64,000 nt of DNA from Patellaria atrata CBS 101060 (Eukaryota), in contig MU006091.1 in assembly GCA_010093705.1 (NCBI GenBank), positions 1,364,001-1,428,000 on the forward strand. Direction: 5' to 3'. Made by a program: the position numbers and the translations under genes. Shown piece after piece: positions 12,484 through 26,204 of this stretch (positions are counted from its first letter, which is position 1; each line of letters starts with the position of its first letter). The notes beneath the pieces were generated by a model. The model searched no databases. It was not told where the DNA came from and was given only the letters and a program-made list of their open reading frames with translations.

Positions 12484-13811
12484 AGGGACAGGGGATGGAT
12501 TGGGTGAGCAGGTGGAGGGATCTGCTTACCCTTTTACTTTCCCCGTGTCAAAAAGTTCTGACATATTAAACAACACATCATGTGCAGTGACTACAGTCAC
12601 ATGTCTGACAACTCCCGTCTGACAAGTTGTTTTTCTTCGCTTAGTCCTGTTCGTGTAACTTAGCACGCTTAGATATCCCAAAATAGAGGGAAGGAATACC
12701 GTAGTAGTCCCAGACTCTCGGAGATGGGGTAAAAGTCTTGAACGTGGCTGGTTCACCGTCCCAACTTTCCTTTCGTTGTTCCCACCCCTTGGGTTACGTA
12801 CGACCCGCTCGCTGCAAAACATTGTCCCGCCAAGGGAGTGGCTTGTTCATCCCGAGCACCCAAACCACTCCCTTGGGCTCCCAGAACAATGTCACTGAGC
12901 GCGCGCCTTTGGTGTTAAAACGGACGTCACGTCTTCGTCTTCTGCCTATATATCATCCTTCTTATCCCTTGGAGTCATAAAAGACTGCTTCATGTTCGAC
13001 CAGAAAAAGTGCGCCGGACGGTCCCCCCCTATTTCAGTATGCGGGCTCTGATCGCTTCGGTAAGGACTGGGCCTGTTGGCCTGCTGGCCTGCATGCCGTG
13101 GCAATTCTTTAACCTTTCTGCACCTTGGTCTGGCTGGTGATCGTCCTAATGAAATCCTGTGCGGCCGGCTGCCGCGGGAGAAGCAATTGGCACTGCACTC
13201 ACTGCAGTGGTGATGCACCAAATGCGGACTGGGTGGGCTGGATGTTTTGCCTGGAATCCATGCTTCCGTGTCGGCGGCACGCACCATCTCCTTCTCCGTG
13301 TGGAGCTGAGATATGGCTTCCATCGGCTGCCCTTTAATGTTACCTGCACAAATCTGCAAAGCGTGGGGTAGGTGTAATGATGTTCCGCAGCAAACCCCCT
13401 TGACCGCGTCTCCTCTGCATTGGATACAACGCATATTAAACTCCATCCGATACTTATCAGCGGTGGCTGGCTTGCCTCGCGGAAACGGAACTAAACAGGC
13501 AACAACCAATCGACTCCAACACCCATTGCTGATCTTTGCGTGCGAGTTGCGTTGTCCAAGGCAAGCCGTTGAACTTGCTGTCCTGTCCTTTGTTCGACTT
13601 CGCGTCGAATAGCCATTCATTTCCTTCTATTACCAGTCTCACTAACCCAGTCATCTTACTGATCCATCGATCCTGCATTGCTATCGGAAATTAAGCAGAG
13701 TTGAGCTCGTTCATTCCGTGCAGTTTTGCCTCGCACCCCCTAGGGAGAGTACACCTATGATATATACCATGAATTTTTACCACGTACGAACTGTAGTTCA
13801 ATCCTAAATTG

Positions 13812-15094
13812 ATGGACATGGAGCCATCTTCTTCGCATATTTCTCAAGGCGTGGCAGATACAGATTCTAGTCGGCAAAGGTCCACGTCTCCTCAGTCTGT
13901 GTATGTTCAATTTCTGTTGTTTTCATGCTACCTTGTAGCCTCGTTCATCGGAGTAGTGGCAGCCCGAGACGATTCCAATGATGTTCGGTCAACTACTGAA
14001 CTCCTCCTAGTATCTCGACTCGGTCTCTAGATTCCCAAGATCTCACTTTCGTTGAAGCACACGGTCGCACCTATGCGAATGACAAATATTACATGCCCTG
14101 CGATAGTCCTGAGCAGACCCGCCTTGGTCTTCTGCATCACGTCTACTCGTCTTCATTAGGAGGCTCCCTTACCACAGCCCCAATTAGCGAAGATGTCCAG
14201 CGGATTCTCGAAGTCGGAGCTGGCCCTGGCGATTGGGCTATCGCTATGGCTGAACGTCATCCCGACACCGAGATTGTCGCCGTCGACGTTGCGGTTTGGG
14301 ACCTCGAAGGCGATCGTGACCTACCCAACAACATCATCTGGGAAATCGACGATTTAGACGTGTTCCCTGTTGATGACGAGGACACAGAGACCGAAAAGAA
14401 AGGACCAAGCAGTGGTAGTGCTGCGACCCCGTTAACATCGATAAGAACGAACGAATGGACCTTCACAGAACCGTTCGATTTCATCCACATCAGGGGTATG
14501 AAAGGTGCCTTTCGATCCTGGCCGACGGTCTACCAGGAAGCTTTCAAGGCTCTCCTACCGGGAGGTTACATCGAAGTCGTCGACTTCGACCTCACTACCA
14601 TCCATACTCTACACAACACTCAGCTTGGGCGTATGCTGGTTGCCTTACGACAGGCAACTGAGCAATCTGGATACCCACTCACCGGCACTCATATGGAGAA
14701 AGCGACGTTTGATTCTGCTGGCTTTATTGAATACAGGGTAAGGACTGTAAACGTGCCTTTCCGGATCGCACAGTTGAATGATGCAGAGACGACTATCGGA
14801 AAACTATGGCTCGTAATCTTTATGGAGGGTCTGGAAGCGACTAACCTTAGGCTTCTCACAGAATACGCGGGGTGGACGGCAGAACAAGTCAGAGAAGGTT
14901 GTGATAAAGTGAGGGAGGAGTTCAAGGCAGGATATCATGATGAGATGAATACAGCATTAAGGTATGTCGTCGCAAGAAAACCTGGAGGAGATGGAAGTGA
15001 ACAAGAAGGAACACTATCGGAGGTTGGATTAGAGATGGAAGTGGATACACACATCATCGCGGCCTCGGATACAGATACTATGCAGGTTGACTAG
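13812..15094 (+). CDS. SAM-dependent methyltransferase of the fungal LaeA-like family
   Basis: HGRTY...YYMPCDSPEQTRL, motif I ILEVGAGPGDWAI, FDFIHIR and LLPGGYIEVVD. Intron 13901-14010 (GTATGT...TAG) joins exon 1 in frame. Confidence 0.8.
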
Positions 15095-15502
15095 AAGAGA
15101 AGGTGCGGTCCTTGTAATATAATAGACGAGAAGAGAAGGAACGAGCAGTCGTGCGTTTATTACTCCCATCTCTACGACCATAACGACGAGAACGAGTTTC
15201 GGTTATAATAAGTACGAATAATCCGGTGTGTACCTTACACGAGAGATTAGATTGGCAGGTTTGGTCAATGAACGATTTCAAGATACACTTTCAATTCTCC
15301 ACTGGCTTTGTGAGAGGGGACTAGGATATAGGCGCGTGTAGTATGTAACTGGGGACGTCTATATTCTATCTAATACCCTATTCGTCCTGAAAAGTTGACG
15401 CATCCAACAGTTCTAAGTCCTCATGATCATGCAGACTTCCATTCGTTGCACCAATAAACCTATGCTGAACGCCCCTTCCCTATCCTTCACAGAATTCATT
15501 TC

Positions 15503-16663
15503 TCACTCTACGATCCCATCTTTGATCCCTACCATAGCCAAACTGTCCTTCCACAACCTCTCCTCGCGCTCCTTATCGTACGCCCAACTCTTCCACCCCT
15601 CATGGTAAGGAATTCCTTCCACCAGCGGTCCCGCCACCGCACAACTGCTTAGATACAACCCTGCGCGAAATTTCGGCAAATCCTTCGAGAGTGCGGCCCA
15701 TACAGTCGTAGCAGCTCCCTGTTCTGGGCTCTTCAACCATCGTGAGGTAGTCTCGTCACTACGCAGGAAAGCGACCATCTCCTCTGGTACGTACTTGGAA
15801 AGACCGGTATCGATGCCACCAGGCATGAGCGAGTAGCCGAGAATTCGTGGAGCGTAGAGACGTGAGAGTTGATTAGCCATCCAGATGTTGGCGGTCTTGG
15901 AAGCCCCATAATAAATCCACGGATCATATTCACCTGGAGTGGGTGCGTAGGGAGGAGTGGCAGGACCATTGTGGTGACCGTTAGAAGAAACATTTATGCA
16001 GCGACTAGGGAATGAGGGAGTCGAGGAAGAAAGTAGGGTTGGTAGGAGAAGGTTTAAGAGGAGGAAGTGAGAGAGGTGGTTGGTTTGGAACTAACGACCG
16101 TTAAACAAGAGCGATCAAAGCATGAGATACTTGGAGAGAAGACGTGCTAGACAGTATAATAAAAAAGAACGAGTAATACATACCTGTCGCTCGAAGCCGT
16201 CTACTGTTTTGGTTTCTGGGCATCCCATGATGCCCGCGTTGTTGATGAGAATATTCAAACGATCACTTCTCCGGAGAAATTCTTTTACAGCGTTTCTTAC
16301 AGAATCTAACGATCCCAATTCCACAACGAGTAGCTGGATCTTTGTTTTATCCTCCTCGCCGCTTAATAAATCCTCTACTGTCTTCCTCCCCTTTTCTGAG
16401 TCTCGTGCGGTGATGAAAATAGTTGCACCCGTAGCTTTTAGGGCGCGCGCTGTCTCAATTCCAATGCCTGATGTTGCGCCCGTAATTAAGATAACTTTGT
16501 CCTCAAGCATCCCGAGCATTTCCTCGTCTTGCACAATTTCAAGTGCTGTAGGCCTTTCATCGTCGGGACCTTGGGGATTGGTAAATCGAGAAGCATATCG
16601 TGACACCGGTGGATTTCGAGCAATCTCTGGAACGTATGACGTGGTGGGAGATCCAGAAATCAT
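15503..16663 (-). CDS. Short-chain dehydrogenase/reductase (retinol dehydrogenase/WWOX-like)
   Basis: ITGATSGIG, LINNAGIM, FERQ|FQTNHLSHFLL, YGASK (YxxxK) and KSPEQGAATTVWAA. One intron. Confidence 0.88.
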
Positions 16664-17655
16664 TTTTTTTAATCTTTTTCTATTGACTAATGTCCCTTTC
16701 AACGCAATAGAGGAAATCACGGCTTGTCGACAAAGACCGTAAGAAGCAAGATAGGATAGAAAGAAATCATCATCTCTTACGAACGTAATATATATACATC
16801 ATTCACATAGTTGAAAAGTGTAGTATACAACGCGGATTTACCACAGCTATTACCATTTTGATCGCAGCCCTACCCCACGACACGTAGTGTAACATCCTGC
16901 GTCACGGAATTAAGGTTCAAAACTCAGGACGTTTTCTAGAACATCAGTTGTTTGAGGAATTTCCGGAAAGGTATGAAGCCGGTAAGCAGTATGTATATCA
17001 TTAATATTTTTCACCGTATTGGTTGGTTGGGGGCAGATTGTGAGATGCGGCATAAAACGAAATCCGATGTTTGGAACTGTGGGTGCTCGCAGGAGGTGTG
17101 TTTCTGGTCCGCGGAGACAGGGTGGCTGTTGCTGAGATCGAACCTAAAACCGTTGAAACACATGTCAATCTCTGAATCTCGTAATCATTTATCTAATTTG
17201 GGTAAGATATTGAGCATCACGAATTTAAGTGCCTAGATCTGCTTATACGGGATATTGTTCTAGACAGCTCCCCTCTGGAGCTCGCATGTATTCGTCTCTT
17301 TTCCCTATCTCTTCCAATCAAAGCGACCATTGTCTGCTATATGCTCATTCAATTAAGGCTATAGACAGTAGAGGTAGGATGTATCGATAGCTCGGACTCA
17401 ACGAACATCTAGTAGTTATTTAGCAAGCATACGTGGCCTTACAGTAGAAATGCAGTTCATACTAGAGCAGGACATAAACACCCGATGTGAGATAGATCGT
17501 GAACGGACTAGTCTGATTTCGACAAGCAGTTTGCTTGATACGTTACTCTACAACTACTTCAGACTCTTGAAGACACACCTCGCCACATGACTACAGGCTA
17601 ATGCGGATGCAAAGGGCTGAAATGTCGAAAATAAGAGTATTGAACGGTGATGCCA

Positions 17656-20600
17656 TTACAAACCCAGATCATACATGAGTATTCCGCCAGTCCTGAAATT
17701 GTAGACAAACACTATCCGACTCTCCGTCACCTCACCTTCTTCCTTCCATTTACGCTCGTACTTCAACAACATTCCATGCACTTCTTGCAGATACGCCCTG
17801 TCAGATAAAGGAACACTTTGCACGACATGGCGCCATGAATCCGGATCAGAGAGTTTTGTATTGCGTATCATGTCCATTATCTTGTCCGATGTTTCAATGG
17901 CGGCGATGGGGGCTTCGCCATAACTGGCAAGCAGTTCGCGACTCCGTGCTTGCGCTGCCTCCACGACGCTCCACTTGTTCGACTTTTTTGACTTATGTTG
18001 CGCGATGAGGACTTGGACGTTGCCCTTCTTCTCGTTGTTGCCGGTTATGGGGTCGGGATGCTGCGAAGACGGGTGACGGAGCAACCTGGCGCGCTCAGCA
18101 GTGCCTTCTTTATGATCTCTATCGCGGATCTCGGCGCGAAGATAACTCAGTAAATCTGCAGCGCGCAAATCCGTATCCTCGTTCTTGAGTAACGACTTAA
18201 CTCTCAGCTCAGGTTTTCCCGTTGAAGCAGCGTCGTGCCTAATGATGATAATCCAACTGAACTTATCATCCCGGTAATGGTAAAGTAGTCGTTCAGGGGT
18301 TCGAGCATCAACAGCCAACTCAGCCGAGAGGTCATGTGCCCAAAGTTCACCCAGAAGCTTGACACCTTGTGAACGGAGAATGGAAGGGTCGTGAGAAGCG
18401 ACAAGAATGTCACATCGACGGGTTGACCAGATTCCGTTGTGTTCTTCCTCAACTGCTTTCTTCAAGAAGTTCGTTTTACCTATGCTCCTGTTATAACGTG
18501 CCATTGATGCTACGACACGCTCCCACCCAAGGTTCATTCCAACTGCATGACAGCCTGAGATCATTAGTAAAATAGGTTGGAGTAAAATCATAAGCTCATA
18601 ACACATACCTGAGAAATTGCCTTGTAGTTTAGGATGGTGGTCTTGAATAAGTCTATCATAACGGCCCCCAGCAGCGAGTACATCTCGCCTCTTCGTGTCG
18701 TATAGACATTGAAACAATATTCCACCTTCATCATGTTAGCTAAGAAGAACTCGTTTGGTACTCTATTGCGGGATGTTACCTGTATAGAATTTTTCGTTAA
18801 AACTACTAAGTGGACTGATGTAAACCTTATGCTGTACATCTAGCTGTTTCATATAGTCGATTACTGTGGTAAGACGTGCAAATATCGCATGCGTTTTTTC
18901 TATCACGTTGGTGTTAGCAAAGAGCTTTCGGAGCTTCCCAAATGCCTTTTCCGGTGTGTCACGCCAGTCAAATCGTTGCAGCTCGTCCAAGGAGGTTGAC
19001 GGAACTCCTGAACTTGAAGTCCGTAACTCGTTGCGAATCTTTTGCCAAGTCCATTGTTGGATGTTGAGCTTGCTGAGAGTTTCCTTGACAGATTCTCGTT
19101 GAGGTTCAGTAATTCGACAGAATTCCATGATGAGCTCTAAAAGGTCCGAATGGTTGAGGTGAAAGCACATCTGGGTGGAAGAGAGCGAAGGGAATTCATT
19201 AATAATTTCGTCTAGAACCTTGATGACCTCTGCTTCTTTCAGCGGAAGATCTAGATTATCAAAAGAGACAATATCAAAATCAGCTTCTCCACTACTCCTG
19301 GGGGCACCTCCGGTATAAGTGTCTCGATAGACCGTTCCAAACGTGTATGTCTTTTCTAAAGCTGGTGCTCGACGAGCGATGCTCCTAGCGTGTGGAAGGG
19401 TTAAGTCGTACGGTAACTGTACTAAGGTTCCAGATGCGTCCAGAAACTGAACAGCCGGACGATTGGCGTAATACGAAGATTTGGGGAACATGATCTGTCG
19501 CTGAGATTCGACGGCACCATGGCGCTTGAATATAGCAGTCAGTTTATCTTTGATCAGACAACGCAATAGGATATCGCTCATGCTAGTCTCGTGGGCACCA
19601 TTTGCGGCACCCAGATCCCAGGCGAAGTTCTTGACTTCTTCGTTCGGAGCTCGAGAGAACAGAGCGGACATCATTTTGTAGTAATACGGCGAAGAAGGGT
19701 CAGATAAGCCTTGCAAAGCTTGTCGAATAGTCTCGTCCTCTATTTGTAACGGTAGCTTTCCGCTACGCAATAACTCAGTACTGCTTGGTCGCTCACTCGC
19801 CCGATGGCTTATCAATGAGTTGATAATTGTAGCCTGCAAAGACTTTTCAGGAGAGAGAAGTTCGGATGGCAAAGTATGAGTCTTCTCGCGAAGTTGACGT
19901 AAAACTGAGTCGCGCTCCATTGCAGTTTTTAGGGGATGACACATCTCGAAGAGAATGATTCCTAGAGAATACATGTCGACCTTCTCATCGTAACTTCCAC
20001 CGTCTGATCTTAGTTCCGGAGCAACGTACAGTGCAGTACCGATACTACGCGTCATATCACCATCTGCCGGGACTGTTCCCGCACGATCTGCTAAATGATA
20101 CTTCTCACTCGTTGCTAGACCAAAATCTCCGATCTGAGGGTTGCTAGTGACATCCATGAAGATATTGTCAGGTTTGAGGTCGCGATGGATTATACCGTGA
20201 CTATGGATATGTGCTAGACCTTCGAGTATTTGACGAAGTAGTCGCCAGATTTCATCCGGATTATCAAAAAGGTTACCTTTCCTGATGATATCCCGGAGTG
20301 TACGCCTCTCACAATATTCCATTTGAATGTAGAGGGTAGTTTTAACGGGCCTTGGACGTGATGAGGACGTAGTACGCCTGAGCTTAAGACAGTTTTCAGC
20401 TGCACTGGACCTGTTTCCATCACCATTACCCTCGGAAAATTCCTCCCCAGTGGCCTGCTCATCATCATCAGATAAATCAGAGGAGTTTAAGCCATCATCT
20501 GAGTCTTCACCAAATTCGATTTTTGGATAGCCACTTGAACTGATAAAATCTAAACCACCAGTTGTACTTGGACCAAATTCAATGCTCGGGCCTCCGCCTG

Positions 20601-22650
20601 GAGAAACAGTCGAAGGTTCCTCGTCGAAAGTGTCAGAGTCATTAACAGACTCAGAGATATCCGCAAAATCTTCTTCAGGCCAGGCTGTATAATAGCGAAC
20701 AACGTAAGGGTGATTCAGCCTGGAGAGTAGTCTCACTTCTGAGAGGACGTCGCTCAATGCTGAAGCTGAGTTCAATTTTATCTTCTTTATCGCATAAAAA
20801 CGTCCGTCTAACTTATTCCGTGCCTTCACCACCTCGCCGTAGCCTCCTTTGCCTAACCTGCCAGCTTCTACCCATTCGCTTGCATACCGGGAGAATGAAT
20901 TCTCAAAGGGAATTGAATCTCGTCTTACCCGACTGCGAGGAATTGGTAATGAAGTGGACCATGAAGATCTAGAGTTTACAGGAGACTGAGGTCTCGAAAA
21001 TATGGGCGCGTCTAGTCGAAGGAACTCGCAAGGGATAAGATCGAAAGCGGAAGGTCTTTTTTTTGGATCCATTTTGAAAAATTTACGAATTATGTCAACT
21101 AAAGGGTCGGTGAGATTCAGGGCATCTATGAGTTCGCCAGGGGAGCTGTGCTTTTGGCGGATGTCGACGCCGAAAAGCATCTGGCAAAATACAACACCAA
21201 GATGCCAAATGTCAGTCTTCCTAGTCTTAGAAGAAATGTCAGGAGGAGCCCACAAGAGTGTTGCCGCAGATGTAGCATTAGGATCATCTTTGTTCAAATC
21301 CCTTAGGTTGTACAAATGGTCTTGATATCCGGCATCTGCCAATTTGACGGTGGTAGTACCACCAGAAGCTTTGCAAATCAGAACGTTTCCTGGATGAATT
21401 CTGTTGTGAATAACTCCGTTCCGATGGTAGAAGTCTAGTGCCTCAAGAAGCTCGATTGTCCAAGAGCGGACTCTAACCACAGGTACCGATTCCGCTATGT
21501 CCAGCACGTCGTTTAAAGAGCCTCTACAACCATATTCGACGAGGATGCTAATCTTCCAATCCTCCCCTTTGCTGTTCGGAACTGATTCTTCCCTTTCTAT
21601 CTTGAAATCTAAAACGCTGGCAATGTTTTGGTGACGTAACCTTTTGAGCGACTCAAGTTCTGCCTCGAAGTCTAGAATCCCCTTTTTAAGACGTCGATCA
21701 CCGGATCCCTTTACGGTATAGCGTTTCAGGGCAATTGGTATCAAATCATCAGTTTCATCCGAAGTGAAGGGTAATGCTGTGTATACGGTGGTGATTGGAC
21801 CTTCCGACAGTTTAGACAGAGAAGTGACTGCATTAAATTCAAGGCGTATTCCTTCATCCTGTACGGTAATCAAGTGGTCAAAGACGACGGCGTTAGCTGA
21901 GATGGCGTTGGGAAGTGAAACTGCTGGTCCATTCGACTTGTTCTTTCGTTTTAGATCTTTTCGCCGGTTCATTTCTTCGTCAACCATGTGCTTCAACAGC
22001 CTGTCTGCCTCGGCTTTCTCTTCTTCTTGCTTCTTCCGGTTCTCTACTTCCTGCTGTTCCATCAACCGAGCAACTTCGGCCTCCCTTACGGCTCGTTCAT
22101 CATCAAGGCTAGGTAACGTGTCATCTTGTTCTCTGAGTTGAACTGCATCATCGAGGGAGTCCTGGATAGATGCAGCGATATCATATATCATGACTTCTCC
22201 GATCAACACCGTTGGCTTCTGCTCTATCAGCTCTTTGATACGTTTCTGGGTCTTTTGATTCAATCCAGACGTATCGTCTATGGTTATGATCGGTAAAGTC
22301 TTCGGATATGTTGCGGTTAGATGCACCGATAGTACTACCGACATCTCATCGTCTGTTGGAGCACGTAATCTCAATCGAAACATCCTATCTGACGTTTTAC
22401 TCCAAGCTCCTTTGAGCTCCTTTTCCTCGAAGTCTTCCATATAAATTGCTTTGAGGGCTTCAATTTCATCATCTTGTGCTTGCGTGTAGTTCATAGTACT
22501 AGTACTTAGGGTGGCCATGGGTGTTGGAGGTTGAGGCTTGTCCAGAGACTTTGCCTTCGACTTTGCCGGAGACGGTTTGCTAGGGGAGGCATTTTCTGTA
22601 TTCAGACCTTGAGCTGCGATCTTATTCCACGGTGATTTCGGCGGTGCCAT
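17656..22650 (-). CDS. GCN2: eIF2-alpha kinase Gcn2 (RWD, pseudokinase, kinase, HisRS-like and C-terminal domains)
   Basis: RWD (QDDEIEALKAIY...YP), LGKGGYGEV, LYIQMEYCE, IIHRDLKPDN, IGDFGLA, HisRS-like LPYDLT and AAGGRYD. Two introns near the 3' end. Confidence 0.96.
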
Positions 22651-23247
22651 ATTGAAGGGCTATATCCAGTGTTGTATTGAGAGGTCGATGCATAGAGTGG
22701 ACACGACCTAGGGACAAGCAGCCGAAGCTGCAAGCCCTTTACACTGTGGTTATCATATTTACCTACAGGTAACGTGACTCTTTGGGTTGTGAAGTTAATA
22801 AGGTAAGATGTGGAGCATTCCGGACGTTCGAAGTTCTTTCTTCGGTCGTATTGCTGACTTAACACCACCCTACACCCTTATTCCTTGAGGTCCCCCTTGT
22901 AGCGGTACCGAGCCGTGACTTGGTGTTGAGCTTGGCGAACTCTCGCGACTTCTCCGTCATAGCATGCGTTTGTTTACCTCAATATTCTCTTCTTTCCCTA
23001 ATATTCGCCTCACAACACACCCAATTTGATCCTTTGATTAGGTCTCAGGGAGCGCGAAAATCACAGTCTCTAATTAATCTCTAATAGGCATACTTGTGAG
23101 CAAACGCTAGTTCCACAGACGCGGTAGATACCAGACAGTTCTACAGTGCGCCTGTGATCGATACAGGTCTCTCACAACAACCCCTTCCACCCATTTCCCA
23201 CACCAATCATTTTGGAAGGATTCTCATATGTTATCCTAAAATTCACC

Positions 23248-25018
23248 ATGCTTTCTTGGCTGACGGGCTCAAAACCCGATCCTACAACGGATGGCCAGAT
23301 TATAGGTAAGGGATCTACACATTAACGATGGTCCGACGCGTCTAATAGTTCAATTAGTCGAAGTAGAGAATGTTGAGCCACCAACTACTCCGGCACCTGT
23401 GTTTGCCTATCGTGCTTGCAAGCAAGCAATATTTGGTACTCCGCATCCTGATCAAGCTGTAAACCAACCCCGAAAGCGAGTTGAAAGTACCAACAAGAAA
23501 CATAAAGATAACGAGCTGTCTAAAGAAACCAAAGGCGCATCTTCGAATCTTATAGATGAACCTAATCCCGTGTCTTCACCGACAAAACCAGCTGGCATAT
23601 TGATGACCCCTGGTACTGGTGTTAAAGGGAAGAAGACAGTATCGTTCGGAGAGCACGTCAAAGATAATGAGGGCAAACGACCTAGTAAAAGTGGAATACC
23701 TAATGACTGTCCCGGTAAATTTCCAAGTCCGTGGACACCAAAGATTGATGTCGCACCGGAGAAGAAAGCGCAGACGAAATTGACTGCTGCTCTTTACAAT
23801 GCTCGAGACTTAGAAACGAAACTAAATGCTGAGACACAGCAAAAGTCAATGTCAAAGCTCGAGATAGATAAACGCACACAGAAGACAGCTATAGACCTTG
23901 TCACAGATGCTCCCAAGTTGTCGAGGCCAGAGCCTAGACCACAAGGAGACGTTCGGCCCAGACCAAGAGCTAAAGATGATGCTGATATAACGCAAGATAT
24001 CATACTTCCACGGTCTGAATCCGGTCGTTATTGGAAGAAAATGTTCGAAACTTATTCTGCAAACAGTGAGAATGAAGTCAAGAAACTTGTTTCAAAACAG
24101 CAAATTGCAAAGGCATACGCCAGAAAGAAGGATGACGAAGCAGTCGAACTGTCTGCGAAACTCACAGAAGAGCGGAAGGGACACCGTAAACGGGAACGAG
24201 AACTGGAAAGATCGGTGAAAGAGTACCAAGAACAGCTTCGGAAAAGCCTGGCAGACGTCCACGCTGCAAGTGCAGAAATTGCCATCCTCAAGCAGCGTAT
24301 TGCAGTTCTAGAAAGCAAATCCACCGATGTTCCTGTCCTTGTAGACCCAGTCGTGTCTCCGGTCCAGAAAGTTTCGAAAGGACGTCTCGAACCAACATCG
24401 TCCTTAGCCCCCTCTTCTCCGCTCGACTCCCACTCTAGGATTCCCTCACCTATCAAGGTGGGTAGGCCTAGCCTACCGAGCACAACCGCTCCCTCTCCCT
24501 TCCTTGCGCAACCGCGTATTCGTCGCACCCCTATTCGTACATCACTCCCTAACCAGCCGTTCTCTCACTCCAAAATCCCTGCGAAGTCTCCCTTAGACGC
24601 TACGACGCAAGAAAACGCTCTACCTTTATCAGCACCTCGACCTACCCATAGCCATACTCCCGCCCGTAGTCATATCACTGGTACCACTCAGTCTGATGCT
24701 GTCATCCCGGCTACTACGCTTGCACCCGCCCCAGTGACTTCCACAAACGATGACATCTGGGCCTTTGAGTACCCTTCCAGCGACGCGGATATCAACCGCC
24801 TTGCACTCCCAATCAGGAGTGCATCAATCATCGCGCCAGCGGAGAAGAAGAAGCCGGCCCCTAAGGAGGGCGGGGAATTAAAGGTACAGAAGAGGCACAG
24901 CGTCGGTGGTGTACAGAGGGTGGCTGGTGTAGTTAGCACCAATAATAGCACAGCGGCAGAAAGACTCGCGGAAGCGAGGGCTAGAATTGAGGCCAGGAGA
25001 GCGAGTAAGGGGAAGTAA
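23248..25018 (+). CDS. Cut12-domain spindle pole body-associated coiled-coil protein
   Basis: MLSWLTG exon, then PTTPAPVFAYRA..AIFGTP, SPTKPAGILMTPGT...KKTVSF, CPGKFPSPW and SGRYWK, followed by a coiled coil. Confidence 0.72.
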
Positions 25019-26204
25019 GGAACACGGGGTTTCTATTTTATTATGAGTCTTCATGATGTAATGTACTGTACTTCAGATACCACTTTCAGATAGCATCATG
25101 GGGATACTAAATAATGAATTACTGCTTTAATCATAAATATACGTGTATGTGATTTTACTTTGAATATGAAAAGAGCTATGTTTTACGCATTCTCTCTAAC
25201 TCCTATGTGGAGCTTTTCCCATACCATCGATTATCAGACTAATATGAGCATATTGTAGCTTATACCTCAAGCCGATTCCTAACTCGATATCCAAGAGGTC
25301 GTATTACCCCGAACAATATTAGCTATACTGAAATTGTATAGTGGTCTAGAAACGTGTTCAATGATATTAGGTTATATAACCGCTTTACTGAGAGTGCATG
25401 CCGAATAAATAGTCGTGTACGATGGCTTGTGAGCACTTACAAGGGGTGGATGCAACCGCTTGAGCATGCTAACTTGCATTGATGCGTAATTCTATGATGA
25501 TCTATCGTGGATTTATCTTCATAGAAGCCTAATCAAGAAATATATGCCGATAGCAGTAGTTTCATGGTATCTTTCGCCTATGTCACCTCTACGAGCTTTT
25601 AGTAGTGTATATACTACCTGAAGAGATATACCGTACCGGTTTCTCCAATGTTCGTGCAGATCATTGGAGGGGGTGATCGCGATCTGATTAGCTGACTCTC
25701 GCTGTCCCTTGCAGACGACATAGATACTTGAAGGCCTTGGGATTTGGGGAGTTTTATAAGGGACAAACAAGGAGAGCTGTGCCGGGTGAAGCGGCGGAGG
25801 GGCAGCAGTAAACTTGGTGAGAGACAAACCTTGAAGGCCCGAATGCATTCTGAGACTAGTATTCATTAGGGTAATAGTGGGATGAATTACCTTCACTTGT
25901 TGACTTTCGAACTACATCATATTCTCGCCTCAAAAGTACTTCGATACCAATGAGGACTAATCTATCAAGTCACTTATAAAGAATTCCTGTTCCACCGCCT
26001 TCAGAGAGTTGCACCCGCCTATATGTTCCGTGCCCGCCCAAATCACACGCACATGCGTATCACCACTCCTTCGTAACCTACGCGCCTGTTAGACTATAAT
26101 ACCGATCTCCAACAGCCAACCAAACCGCAGTTACGTACCTGCCTATATTCTTACAAGCTTACAGGTAAGGCCGTTACTTAAGCTTTGAATGAGCCTCCCC
26201 GGCA

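Noticed and set aside
13300..13330. GCTGAGAT as part of a TPP riboswitch
   Set aside because: The downstream AACTTGATC...TAAT...GCG core is absent and the neighbouring gene is unrelated to thiamine.
12946..13620. 224-aa minus-strand ORF
   Set aside because: No recognisable motif, and overlapping ORFs in several frames as expected for GC-rich non-coding DNA.
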